Notes under the pieces: model-generated
The model's database searches: none
Told to the model about the DNA's origin: nothing
Seen by the model: only the letters and a program-made list of their open reading frames with translations
Program-made: the position numbers and the translations under genes
Source of the DNA: Dehalococcoidia bacterium
GTDB taxonomy: Bacteria > Chloroflexota > Dehalococcoidia > SZUA-161 > SpSt-899
DNA: 64,000 bases
Direction of reading: 5' to 3'
Assembly (NCBI GenBank): GCA_048539495.1
Contig: JBLYPS010000005.1
Coordinates: 11,473 to 75,472 of the forward strand
Shown here: positions 30,219 to 38,841 of the stretch, one piece after another
How positions within the stretch are numbered: the first letter of the stretch is position 1
Layout: every line of letters begins with the position of its first letter

Positions 30219-31103
30219 TTATCCGCGCAGAGACCTCAACTCCTTGAAGAGTTCTTTCTCCCTTTCTGTTAGATTTGTTGGCAAGACTACCCGAATCTTA
30301 GCAAAGAGGTCGCCTTTGCCTGAATTGCCCAGATGCGGCATGCCTTGCCCGGCCAGGCGGAAGACCTTGCCGTTCTGTGTTTCGGGCGGGATCTTGAGCG
30401 CCAGCTTGCCCTTTGGTGTTGGCACCTCTGTCTCACCACCAAGAATGGTCTCAGTCAGGGAAACTGGCACCTCAACGTGGAGATCACTTCCTTTCCGTTC
30501 AAAGCGCTGGTGCGGTTTAACCGAGATCATCAGGTAGATGTCCCCGCCCTCTTGACCATCCCCGGCTGCCACCCGTATCCTTGAACCATCGTTGACCCCC
30601 GGGGGAATCTTGACCTCCAACCGGCGGCCATCCAGCTCGACCGTTCGCTGTGTGCCGGAATAGGCCTCCTCGAGCGACAACTCAACCGGCTGCTCCAATG
30701 CCCGTTTTTTGCGATCCCGTCCTCGGGTATGGGTTGTGCGATCGAAGGTATGGTCGCGAAACAGGCTCTCGAAGATGCCGCCGAGATTCCCCTCGTCCAG
30801 GTCGCCAAACTCAAAAACGGTACCGCCCCGCTTGAAATCACCGTAGGGCTGTGCACCGGCTCCGGCGAATTGCTCCGCAAATTGCCATTTGTGGCCGAAC
30901 TGATCATATTTGCGGCGTTTCTCCGGATCAGAGAGCACCTCGTGGGCCTCGTTTATTTCCTTGAACCTGGCCTCGGCTGATTTATCTCCCGGGTTGACAT
31001 CGGGGTGATACTTTCGGGCGAGCTTGCGGTAGGCCTTTTTTATCTCCTTATCAGAGACACCCCGATTCACCCCCAGAATTTGATAGAAATCCTTCCCCGC
31101 CAA
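30219..31103 (-). CDS. dnaJ: DnaJ-class chaperone without Zn-finger (CbpA-like)
   Basis: J-domain with HPD (KYHPDVNPG) and C-terminal substrate-binding domain; TTG start after GGAGG. Confidence 0.9.
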   Translation of the reverse strand: MAGKDFYQILGVNRGVSDKEIKKAYRKLARKYHPDVNPGDKSAEARFKEINEAHEVLSDPEKRRKYDQFGHKWQFAEQFAGAGAQPYGDFKRGGTVFEFGDLDEGNLGGIFESLFRDHTFDRTTHTRGRDRKKRALEQPVELSLEEAYSGTQRTVELDGRRLEVKIPPGVNDGSRIRVAAGDGQEGGDIYLMISVKPHQRFERKGSDLHVEVPVSLTETILGGETEVPTPKGKLALKIPPETQNGKVFRLAGQGMPHLGNSGKGDLFAKIRVVLPTNLTEREKELFKELRSLRG

Positions 31104-31121
31104 TTCGTGACCTCCAAGGGT

Positions 31122-31150
31122 ATTATACTGCTATACAAACTTTTTGTCAA
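31122..31150 (-). promoter_or_regulatory. Sigma70 promoter of dnaJ-hspR-clpC
   Basis: Reverse complement TTGACA-N17-TATAAT, a perfect consensus. Confidence 0.8.
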
Positions 31151-31243
31151 GTCTTTAGGATTGCAATTGCGAGATAAGTTGATAACAATGTATTAAGAAG
31201 GCTTGTAAGTGTTCCGGCAGGGGCTGGAAGTCAGAGGTCATAG

Positions 31244-31311
31244 CACAGGATACACGATTCAGGATTCATGATGCACGATGCACCCGTCTCCAGACTCTAG
31301 ACTCCAGACTC
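31244..31311. repeat. Degenerate heptamer tandem repeats (TNCANGA; CTCYAGA)
   Basis: cacagga tacacga ttcagga ttcatga tgcacga, then ctccaga ctctaga ctccaga. Confidence 0.7.
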
Positions 31312-31788
31312 TCCCCCGAATCCCTCTACCAGCCGGGCGTAGGTGTCTGCCAGAGCTTCGGGCACAACCTTCGCATCGGATATAACCGGCATAAAGTTAG
31401 TATCGCCCTCCCATCGCGGCACGATATGAGTATGGATGTGATCCTCGACTCCGGCGCCGGCCACCTTGCCCAGGTTTATCCCTATATTAAAGCCGGATGG
31501 ACGCAGCACCCTTGTCAGCAGGGCAACAGACCGACTCACCAGTCGAAAATGTTCCAGCAACTCTTCGTCACTTAGCTTATCCAGGCTCGCTACATGCCTA
31601 TACGGTGCCACCATCAGATGTCCCGGATTATAGGGGTAAATGTTCAACATGGAGAAGTTCCTCTCTCCCCGACGCACAATGTAGTTCTTCCCATCCGTCT
31701 CTTGACCTGCTTTTTCACAGAAGATGCATTGCTTCTCCTTTTTGGCCAGAATATACTCCATTCTCCATGGAGCCCAGAGATGTTCCAT
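31297..31788 (-). CDS. HIT family hydrolase (Ap4A phosphorylase-like)
   Basis: LWAPWRMEYI, CIFC, YPYNPGHLMV and HIHTHIVPRW; AGGAGG 6 nt upstream of the ATG at 31788. Confidence 0.92.
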   Translation of the reverse strand: MEHLWAPWRMEYILAKKEKQCIFCEKAGQETDGKNYIVRRGERNFSMLNIYPYNPGHLMVAPYRHVASLDKLSDEELLEHFRLVSRSVALLTRVLRPSGFNIGINLGKVAGAGVEDHIHTHIVPRWEGDTNFMPVISDAKVVPEALADTYARLVEGFGGESGV

Positions 31789-31990
31789 TTTCATCCTCCT
31801 AACCGGACAAGTCGGAACCGAATAGGTGGTAAAATTGCCCACCCCGACTTCCGGCGACCTTGTGTTATTATAGCCCGAGGGCCACCAGATGACAAGCTTG
31901 CCGGCAACCGGGGTGTATTGGGGTCCGCCGTCTCAACTGGCCCCATAGGACCACCTCGTCCGAGCGAAGTCTTGAAAGAGGCATGGGGAG

Positions 31991-32033
31991 TTGACAGGCT
32001 TGGGGGCATGGTCTATAATCGCAATTGGTCGCA
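31991..32033 (+). promoter_or_regulatory. Sigma70 promoter plus candidate Fur-family operator
   Basis: TTGACA-N17-TATAAT immediately followed by CGCAATTGGTCGCA. Confidence 0.7.
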
Positions 32034-32063
32034 AGCATTCTTGCCACTTTAGGGGGAGTAGCT

Positions 32064-32267
32064 ATGGATGAGAGAGAGAAGCTGCGGGTATTAGTCGATC
32101 ACTGGATCGAACACAATAGGGATCATGCTGAGGAATTTCAGGAGTGGGCCAGGAGAGCAAGGGACTTCGCAAAGGAAGCGGCTGGCGATAATATATTGAA
32201 GGCAGTGGGGCGACTCGAAGAGGCGAACGAATTCCTTCTCCGGGCCGCGGAGGAATTGAAAGAATAA
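32064..32267 (+). CDS. Small His-containing helical protein, putative Ni-binding
   Basis: KLRVLVDHWIEHNRDHAEEF motif; first gene of the hypA operon. Confidence 0.7.
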   Translation: MDEREKLRVLVDHWIEHNRDHAEEFQEWARRARDFAKEAAGDNILKAVGRLEEANEFLLRAAEELKE

Positions 32268-32672
32268 ATGCATGAATGGGCACTGGCCGAAGGGGTCATC
32301 TCTACGGCCCTCCAGGTGGCGGAGAGAGAAGGGCTTAATGAAATCACCGCCATCAAGATTAAGATGGGTGAACTGCAGCAAATAGACCTGGAGATATTTG
32401 AACTCGCGCTAAGCGAAATCAGACAATCTCAGACTTCGATGGTGGCCAACGCAAGAACAGAGCTGGAAAGGGAGGCGGCGGTTCTGAAATGCCGGGTCTG
32501 CGGGAGGGAATGGGCTTTTGGCGATGCCCTGCTGGCCGAGGAGGAGCGCGAATCCATTCATTTCCTTCCCGAGATCGCCCATACCTACATCACCTGTCCC
32601 GAGTGTAAGAGTCCCGATTTCCAATTTGTGAAGGGACGCGGGGTCTGGATAGACTCTATCGTGGGGAGCTAA
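32268..32672 (+). CDS. hypA: Hydrogenase nickel incorporation protein HypA (long archaeal-style form)
   Basis: MHEWALA, CRVCG...CPECKS and KGRGVWI, with an insertion between the CxxC pairs. Confidence 0.9.
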   Translation: MHEWALAEGVISTALQVAEREGLNEITAIKIKMGELQQIDLEIFELALSEIRQSQTSMVANARTELEREAAVLKCRVCGREWAFGDALLAEEERESIHFLPEIAHTYITCPECKSPDFQFVKGRGVWIDSIVGS

Positions 32673-32673
32673 T

Positions 32674-33399
32674 ATGGACCCTAGACTAGCAATCATCGGC
32701 GAGAGATTTAAGGACATAAAACGATTGATTGCCGTTGCGGGGGGCAAGGGGGGGGATCGGGAAGAGCATGATCGCCTCCACCCTGGCACTCATCCTGTCA
32801 GACCTGGGCTACCGCGTTGGTCTGCTGGACCTGGATTTCTGCGGCCCCTCCACGCATGCGATACTGGGAATAGACGGGGCCTATCCCGAAGAGGATAAGG
32901 GGATCGTCCCGCCGCAGGTACATGGCATCAAGTTTCTATCCATCGTTTACTATGCCGGTGACAATCCCTCACCGTTAAGGGGCATCGATATTTCGAATGC
33001 CATGATAGAACTGTTGGCCATTACCAGATGGGGTTCGCTGGATTTTCTCATCATTGACATGCCACCGGGAATCGGAGACACCGCTCTGGATACCGTTCGA
33101 CTGATAGAAGGGGTGGAGTTTCTGGTGATAACCACCCCCTCAAAGGTGGCCCTGGAGACGGTGGGGAAGACATTGAGGATACTCAAGGAGATGAGTGTCC
33201 CGATTATCGCAGTTATCGAGAATATGAAGATGGCCGAGTCCTCATATGTCAGGGAGCAAATAAGGAAGATCGATGTGCCCTTTGGGGGTGAGATAGCTTT
33301 CGATAGGGGATGCAGTCAGGCTGCTTGAGACCGACTTCGCACAGAGTCTCAGGCGGATCGTTTTGAGCACGCCTGCGTTCAAGCTTCAAGATGGTGAAT
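32674..33399 (+). pseudogene. mrp: Mrp/MinD-family ATPase (HypB-AT-like), frameshifted twice
   Basis: MDPRL...GGKGG continues as IGKS only after removing one G from the G8 run at 32748-32755. DLDFCGPS and IDMPPG follow. The C-terminal LLETDFAQSLRRIV lies in another frame after ~33310. Confidence 0.8.
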
Positions 33400-33411
33400 A
33401 AGGAGGGGAAA

Positions 33412-33606
33412 ATGTGTCTGGCCAGAGCATACCTCAGCGCAAACGGACAGCGGGAGCTTCTCCTGGAGGAGGTGGCAAGCTTGAAGATCGAAGGAGAGAT
33501 GCTTCATCTGCGCACCCTCTTCGGCGAGCAGAGGGAGATTGCGGCAGCCGTCAGGGAAGTTGACTTCCAGAATTCCACTATCACTCTGGAGAAAGCTGAG
33601 GGGTAA
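33412..33606 (+). CDS. cooT: CooT-family nickel-binding protein
   Basis: MCLARAY...LLEEV...LRTLFGE...VDF; SD AAGGAGG. Confidence 0.85.
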   Translation: MCLARAYLSANGQRELLLEEVASLKIEGEMLHLRTLFGEQREIAAAVREVDFQNSTITLEKAEG

Positions 33607-33610
33607 GGAA

Positions 33611-34018
33611 ATGAGCTGCTTTCGTCTCTTGAAGGAAAAGGGTTATCGGCTTACACCGCAGCGGGCGATAATTCTGGATATACTCCACCGGGTGGAAAAG
33701 CATATCACGCCGGAGGAAATCTATGAGGAGGCGCGGGCCAAATACCCCGAGGTGAATAAGTCCACCATCTACCGCACACTTGAACTGCTCGGAAGGCTGG
33801 GGCTGGTGGATGAGACCGACCTCGGTGGCGACAAGCTTCACTACCACCACGCGGAGAAAGGACATCACCACCACCTCATCTGTCAGAGGTGCGGCCGTGT
33901 TCTTGATGTGGATGAGGAGATACTCGATTCCTTCAAAGAGGCGCTGACTCGTGATCACCGATTCGTCCCCGATATGAGGCACCTGGGCATTTTCGGGCAT
34001 TGCTTGACATGCGAGTGA
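33611..34018 (+). CDS. Fur-family metalloregulator (Zur/Nur-like)
   Basis: GYRLTPQR, STIYRTLELL, HHHHLICQRCG and FGHCLTC. Confidence 0.92.
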   Translation: MSCFRLLKEKGYRLTPQRAIILDILHRVEKHITPEEIYEEARAKYPEVNKSTIYRTLELLGRLGLVDETDLGGDKLHYHHAEKGHHHHLICQRCGRVLDVDEEILDSFKEALTRDHRFVPDMRHLGIFGHCLTCE

Positions 34019-34037
34019 TTTTTTGTTAAGATGTTAT

Positions 34038-34051
34038 TGCAATTGGTTGCA
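34038..34051 (+). promoter_or_regulatory. Candidate Fur-family operator
   Basis: TGCAATTGGTTGCA, an imperfect palindrome matching the boxes at 32020 and 34238. Confidence 0.5.
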
Positions 34052-34237
34052 GACGCCTTTAATTGCGGAGTATCACAACCGAAGTGATGTCATCTGTTTT
34101 GAGAGGGTTCAGTGAAATGGTGCTACGTTCTTGCTTTGCCCGACAGGAAGAGAACGATAAAGCAAGCGAGATTTCCCACTCTAGCAGATTCGGGATGATA
34201 AACAACGTCAGGGAAGGAGGTTTTTGGGGGATGTAAT

Positions 34238-34251
34238 CGCAACTAATTGCA
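34238..34251 (+). promoter_or_regulatory. Candidate Fur-family operator
   Basis: CGCAACTAATTGCA. Confidence 0.45.
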
Positions 34252-34296
34252 GGAGCGAAGAAGGTTACCGAAGAATAAAACAGCAGGAGGTCACAA

Positions 34297-35868
34297 ATGC
34301 TCAAGAGAATCTCGGAAAGAACAACGGTGGTAGTCGTAATCGGTATCTTGCTGTTAAGCGCCATGTCATTGGGGTGTCCTGCGCCTCAAGCAGAGGTAGA
34401 GGTCGAAGTGCCGCAGGAACTGACGGTCGGGATAAGTACCGATGTGGAGCATTGGTGCTTGGATAAGTTTCCTGGTGGCGACGCCAGATTCGTATGGTCG
34501 CAGATTTACGAAACCCTGGTGCGGGTGGACCCGGATCTAAAGGTGCAACCGGGATTGGCGGAATCCTGGGAAACCCCTGATGACGGAAAAACCTGGCTGT
34601 TCCACTTGAGAGAGGGGATAAGCTTTCACGATGGAACGTCATTCAACGCAGCGGCTGTAGTGTTTTCATACGGTGATGGAGCCTATGTCAGAACTACCAT
34701 GCTGAGAGCGGTGGCGCATGTAGAGGTTGTTGATGAGCACACGGTAAAATTTGTTTTAAAACGACCCATGCCGTTGCCGCTCTATCTTACCCACGTAGCC
34801 TGGCCGGTCATGAGTCCGACCAGCGTAAATGAGCAGGGCAAATTCGTGGCGGCGGTGGGAACCGGACCGTTTAAATTTGACCACCAGGTTGACGATCAAA
34901 AGATCGTGCTGGTCAGGAACGATGCCTATTGGGGAGAGAAGCCGACTCTGGAAAAAGTCACCTTCAAGGTCATACCGGATGCTACTACGCGGGTAATGGC
35001 CCTGGAACGCCAGGAAGTTGACATGATTATAAAAGTGCCGGAGGCTGAGGTTTCCAGGTTAGATGGGGAACCGGACATTACGGTGCATAGGAGATTGACC
35101 ACTTTTACTGATTTCCTGCAGTTTAACTGTCTAAGAGCGCCATTCAATGACCTGGCGGTGAGAAGGGCGGTGGCCTATGCCGTTGATACCGAACAGATAG
35201 TGGCCACTGTGTTGGAGGGCATCGGAGAACCGGCCAGGGGGCGTCCTTTCTCGCCGATCATGATGTTTGCCAACCCTGATCTAGACTTGTTCGAAGCCAA
35301 TGTTGAACGGTCCAAAGAGCTGTTGTCGGCAGCCGGCTGGCAAGATATCGACGGCGATGGCTTGCTGGAGAAGGATGGCGAGGTTCTCAAAGCGACTTTC
35401 CTGGTGGCCAGGGGCGCTTGGGCGCCGCGCCATACTTCAATAGCGGAAGCGGTTCAGGGAGCTTTGCGTGAGGTGGGAATGGATGTGGAGATCCAACTGT
35501 TGGACGGTGGAGCCATGAGAGAACTTGAAACGGCGGGTGACTTTGATATCATCCTGCGCTTCGGGTATTTTGTGTGGGGTCCCTATCCGCGTCATTTCTT
35601 CATCCATCATACTAACTCTCCGTGGGGGCATTTTCAGGATGAAGAATATGACCAACTGGTGAATGCGGCTGACATGACAGCGAATCCGGAAAAACAGAAA
35701 GAGCTGTATTTTATGTTGCAGAATATGGTGATTGAAAGACTCCCTGCCTTTTACCTGGTGCATGAAGAAAAGATTGTGGCCACCAATGCCTATGTGCAGG
35801 GTTATACCATGACTGCCGAAGCTCCCTGGCTTAACCTGGACGGTGTTTATATGATAGAGAAGAAGTGA
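34297..35868 (+). CDS. ABC transporter substrate-binding lipoprotein, family 5 (NikA/DppA-like) #1
   Basis: Lipobox SLGC; PGLAESW, FHDGTSFNA and VGTGPFK. Confidence 0.9.
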   Translation: MLKRISERTTVVVVIGILLLSAMSLGCPAPQAEVEVEVPQELTVGISTDVEHWCLDKFPGGDARFVWSQIYETLVRVDPDLKVQPGLAESWETPDDGKTWLFHLREGISFHDGTSFNAAAVVFSYGDGAYVRTTMLRAVAHVEVVDEHTVKFVLKRPMPLPLYLTHVAWPVMSPTSVNEQGKFVAAVGTGPFKFDHQVDDQKIVLVRNDAYWGEKPTLEKVTFKVIPDATTRVMALERQEVDMIIKVPEAEVSRLDGEPDITVHRRLTTFTDFLQFNCLRAPFNDLAVRRAVAYAVDTEQIVATVLEGIGEPARGRPFSPIMMFANPDLDLFEANVERSKELLSAAGWQDIDGDGLLEKDGEVLKATFLVARGAWAPRHTSIAEAVQGALREVGMDVEIQLLDGGAMRELETAGDFDIILRFGYFVWGPYPRHFFIHHTNSPWGHFQDEEYDQLVNAADMTANPEKQKELYFMLQNMVIERLPAFYLVHEEKIVATNAYVQGYTMTAEAPWLNLDGVYMIEKK

Positions 35869-35887
35869 TCGAAGAGGAAATACGCAA

Positions 35888-36490
35888 ATGAATTCGAGGC
35901 ATAAAGAATTTTTCGATAGCATGGCTGAAAAATGGGATGAAATGGTACGGCATGACCCGAACAAATTAAGACGTATCTTCGATTATATCGACCTGGAAGC
36001 GGGACAAAGAGTGCTTGATGTGGGGACCGGTACGGGTGTATTGATCCCCTATATCCGTGATGCTATAGGAACAGAGGGGGCAGTAGTGGCCGTTGATTTT
36101 TCCGGGGAAATGCTGCGCATTGCTCAACAAAAGCATACTTGGGAGAATGTAAAGTACCTCCAGGGCGATGTAGAAAAACTGAAGCTGGATAATGAATACG
36201 ACTGCATCATCTGCTACTCGGTTTTCCCGCATTTTACCAATCAAGAAAAGATAGTTCAGCATTTGGCGAGCGGACTGAAAAAGAGCGGGAAATTGGTCAT
36301 TTGCCACTCGCAGTCCAGGGAGGCAGTAAACAGTCTTCATCAACGGGCGGGGGAAGAGGTCAGAGAATGTCAATTGCCGACCATAGATCAACTACGCCGG
36401 ATGATGGAAAAGGTCGGATTGTTAGTGGAAAAACAAATCGACGGGGAAGAGATGTTTTTCATAGCGGCGGTGAAAGAAAATTTAGCTTGA
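35888..36490 (+). CDS. Class I SAM-dependent methyltransferase
   Basis: VLDVGTGTG and VAVDFSGEML. Confidence 0.88.
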   Translation: MNSRHKEFFDSMAEKWDEMVRHDPNKLRRIFDYIDLEAGQRVLDVGTGTGVLIPYIRDAIGTEGAVVAVDFSGEMLRIAQQKHTWENVKYLQGDVEKLKLDNEYDCIICYSVFPHFTNQEKIVQHLASGLKKSGKLVICHSQSREAVNSLHQRAGEEVRECQLPTIDQLRRMMEKVGLLVEKQIDGEEMFFIAAVKENLA

Positions 36491-36588
36491 GGGGAGAGAA
36501 ATGATTGAAGTGCTGGTGTGGTAAAATCCTCAGAAGAGATGGAAAATTACAAAGTAGTATTTTAAAATAATTGAAGGAGGAAATCTAA

Positions 36589-38157
36589 ATGTTAAACAAA
36601 AAAATGATTAGTTTGATTATATGTGTCCTGCTTCTTTGCACCATGTTAGCCGGTTGCGTCGAACAACAGGCAGAAGAGGTAGAGGTTGAAGTCCCGCAGG
36701 AAGTAGTTGCAGGGCTTTCCAGGGATGCTGGTGATTCCCCTCGGTTTAAAGTAAATCCATATTTAACAGGAATCCTTGAGACATTAGTTATACTGGATGA
36801 AAAAATGGAGCCTCAACCATGGTTGGCCAAGTCATGGAATGTTTCGGAAGATGGATTAACCTGGACACTTTATCTTCGTGAGGGTGTTTATTTCCATGAT
36901 GGTACACCATTCAATGCCGATGCTGTAAAGGTCAATATTGAAAGGATAGAGGATGAACGACCTGGATTCTTAGGGGAGTTACAATCGATAGAGGTGATCG
37001 ATGACTATGTAATTAAGTTTACACATAGTGAGCCGTTTGCACCTTTTATCGAGACTTTAGCGTGGGGCACTCTGTTTGCTATCGTTTCTCCAAACGCAAT
37101 CGATGAAAAAGGAAATATTATAGAACCAATTGGGACTGGTGCGTTTAAATTTTATGAACATGTCCCGGATGATAGATTAGTAATGGTAAGAAACGAAGAT
37201 TATTGGGGAGGGATACCAAAACTTGAGAAGATTACCCTGAAATCAATCCCTGACCATCTCACTCGTATAATGGCACTTGAGGCAGGCGAGGTTGATCTGA
37301 TTACATGTATCTTGCCTGAACATGCATCAATCCTGATAAACGATCCTGAGATAACGATGCTCATAGAACCGTCCTCTACATCGCATTTCCTTATATTTAA
37401 CAACAATAGAACACCTTTTGACGATGTTCGGGTGAGACAGGCAGTTCGATATGCTATCAATACGGAGACGATGGTGGAGCATGCGATGGAGGGGTTTGGA
37501 ATTGTAGGTATGGGTATAACCCCACCAAACATCGAAAGTTGGTTCCATCCAGAGATAGGTGCACCAGAGTTTAATCCAGAGAAGTCGAGAGAACTTCTGC
37601 AAGAAGCAGGCTGGGTGGATATCGATGGTGATGGAATGATGGAGAAAGATGGCGAGAAGTTTAAAGTTAGGTTTGCACTAAACACACTTTATCTTGCTAT
37701 GTATCCTCATCTGACAATGGCAGAAATAATACAAGCTCAATTGAGTGATGTTGGAATTGAAGTAGAGCTGATAGTTCTTGAAAGAGGAGCATATTTCGAT
37801 GGTTTAAGAGCGGGAGAGTTGGAAATGTGTTTTGATGCTTTTCCGTTTTTAACTGGGGAGCCCGATTTTGTTTTTTATCGGTCATTCCATTCGGAAGGGG
37901 ACTGGAATCCAAGATTTGGAATGTTCTATAACAATCCGAGAGTAGATGAATTGCTTGAGCTTGGAAAAACAACAACAAATTTTCAAGAACGAAGAGAGAT
38001 TTATCACGAAATAGAGGAAATAATCGTTGACGAGGTTCCTTTATACACACTCATGTATGGAAAGAACATCGATGCAATAAGGAATCATGTTCAGGGATCC
38101 CATAGGCATTCGATATTTGGACTTTATTGGGCAGATGTATATCTCTTGAAGAGGTAA
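36589..38157 (+). CDS. ABC transporter substrate-binding lipoprotein, family 5 #2
   Basis: Lipobox LAGC; PWLAKSW, FHDGTPFNA and IGTGAFK; visibly lower GC than its neighbours. Confidence 0.9.
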   Translation: MLNKKMISLIICVLLLCTMLAGCVEQQAEEVEVEVPQEVVAGLSRDAGDSPRFKVNPYLTGILETLVILDEKMEPQPWLAKSWNVSEDGLTWTLYLREGVYFHDGTPFNADAVKVNIERIEDERPGFLGELQSIEVIDDYVIKFTHSEPFAPFIETLAWGTLFAIVSPNAIDEKGNIIEPIGTGAFKFYEHVPDDRLVMVRNEDYWGGIPKLEKITLKSIPDHLTRIMALEAGEVDLITCILPEHASILINDPEITMLIEPSSTSHFLIFNNNRTPFDDVRVRQAVRYAINTETMVEHAMEGFGIVGMGITPPNIESWFHPEIGAPEFNPEKSRELLQEAGWVDIDGDGMMEKDGEKFKVRFALNTLYLAMYPHLTMAEIIQAQLSDVGIEVELIVLERGAYFDGLRAGELEMCFDAFPFLTGEPDFVFYRSFHSEGDWNPRFGMFYNNPRVDELLELGKTTTNFQERREIYHEIEEIIVDEVPLYTLMYGKNIDAIRNHVQGSHRHSIFGLYWADVYLLKR

Positions 38158-38301
38158 AGTCTGAAACAGTCAACTACAATTACCCATAAAGTAAAAGGGC
38201 ATAAGAAAACAGGCCATCTGTTGATGGCTTTTAAAAAAGACATAGTTCAGAACTCAGGACATTGCATGACAGTTTAGTGTGCACATTTAGTACTTTACCC
38301 C

Positions 38302-38742
38302 ATGCGGTGCGGGATAATATACGGGGATATAAGCCCCACCCTTGGTTTGTCGTCAACTGGGAAGATATCTATGTGGCGAGTGAGCATCATGATGCAACTC
38401 GGATGGCTTGATGCCGTTTCAGGGTTTGCCGAACCGGCAACAGGTCTTGTGGGACTCCCGGGCGAATCGGCAATGGTTATAGCTACTCAGATATTCGAAT
38501 ATACATCTGGCGTCGTCATCGCTGGAACGCTTCTACATAAACAAATTCTGACCCCGGTGCAAACGGTCTGCGCGCTTCTTCTGGGCGGAATCATCTCGAT
38601 GTCTGTGATGTATGTCAGGCATTCGCTGCCATCGAAAATAGCATATTTTGGGGCCAAGATGGGCACAAAGATCGCGTTTTATAATCTCATTGTCGATTTG
38701 GCTTTCACATCCATCGTGCTGATGGTATTATTGCAAATGTAA
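38302..38742 (+). pseudogene. Nucleoside-recognition (Gate) domain membrane protein, probably 5'-truncated
   Basis: GLVGLPGESAMVIA and SVMYVRHSLPSKIAYFG.K.G resemble the C-terminal half of Gate-domain proteins; no credible N-terminus. Confidence 0.55.
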
Positions 38743-38841
38743 AAGACTTATTTCTTCGAAGTATTACAAATATCATTTTTTTATGTTTGTCGTGTTACTA
38801 ATCGAAAGATATTTATTACTGCAAACCTAAAGACGATTATC

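Noticed and set aside
34052-34230. NiCo or cobalamin riboswitch
   Set aside because: The conserved core motifs I recall are absent; kept only as a low-interest structured-leader note.
38160-38300. IS remnant between binding protein #2 and the Gate-domain fragment
   Set aside because: AT-rich, but no terminal repeat or transposase motif could be confirmed.
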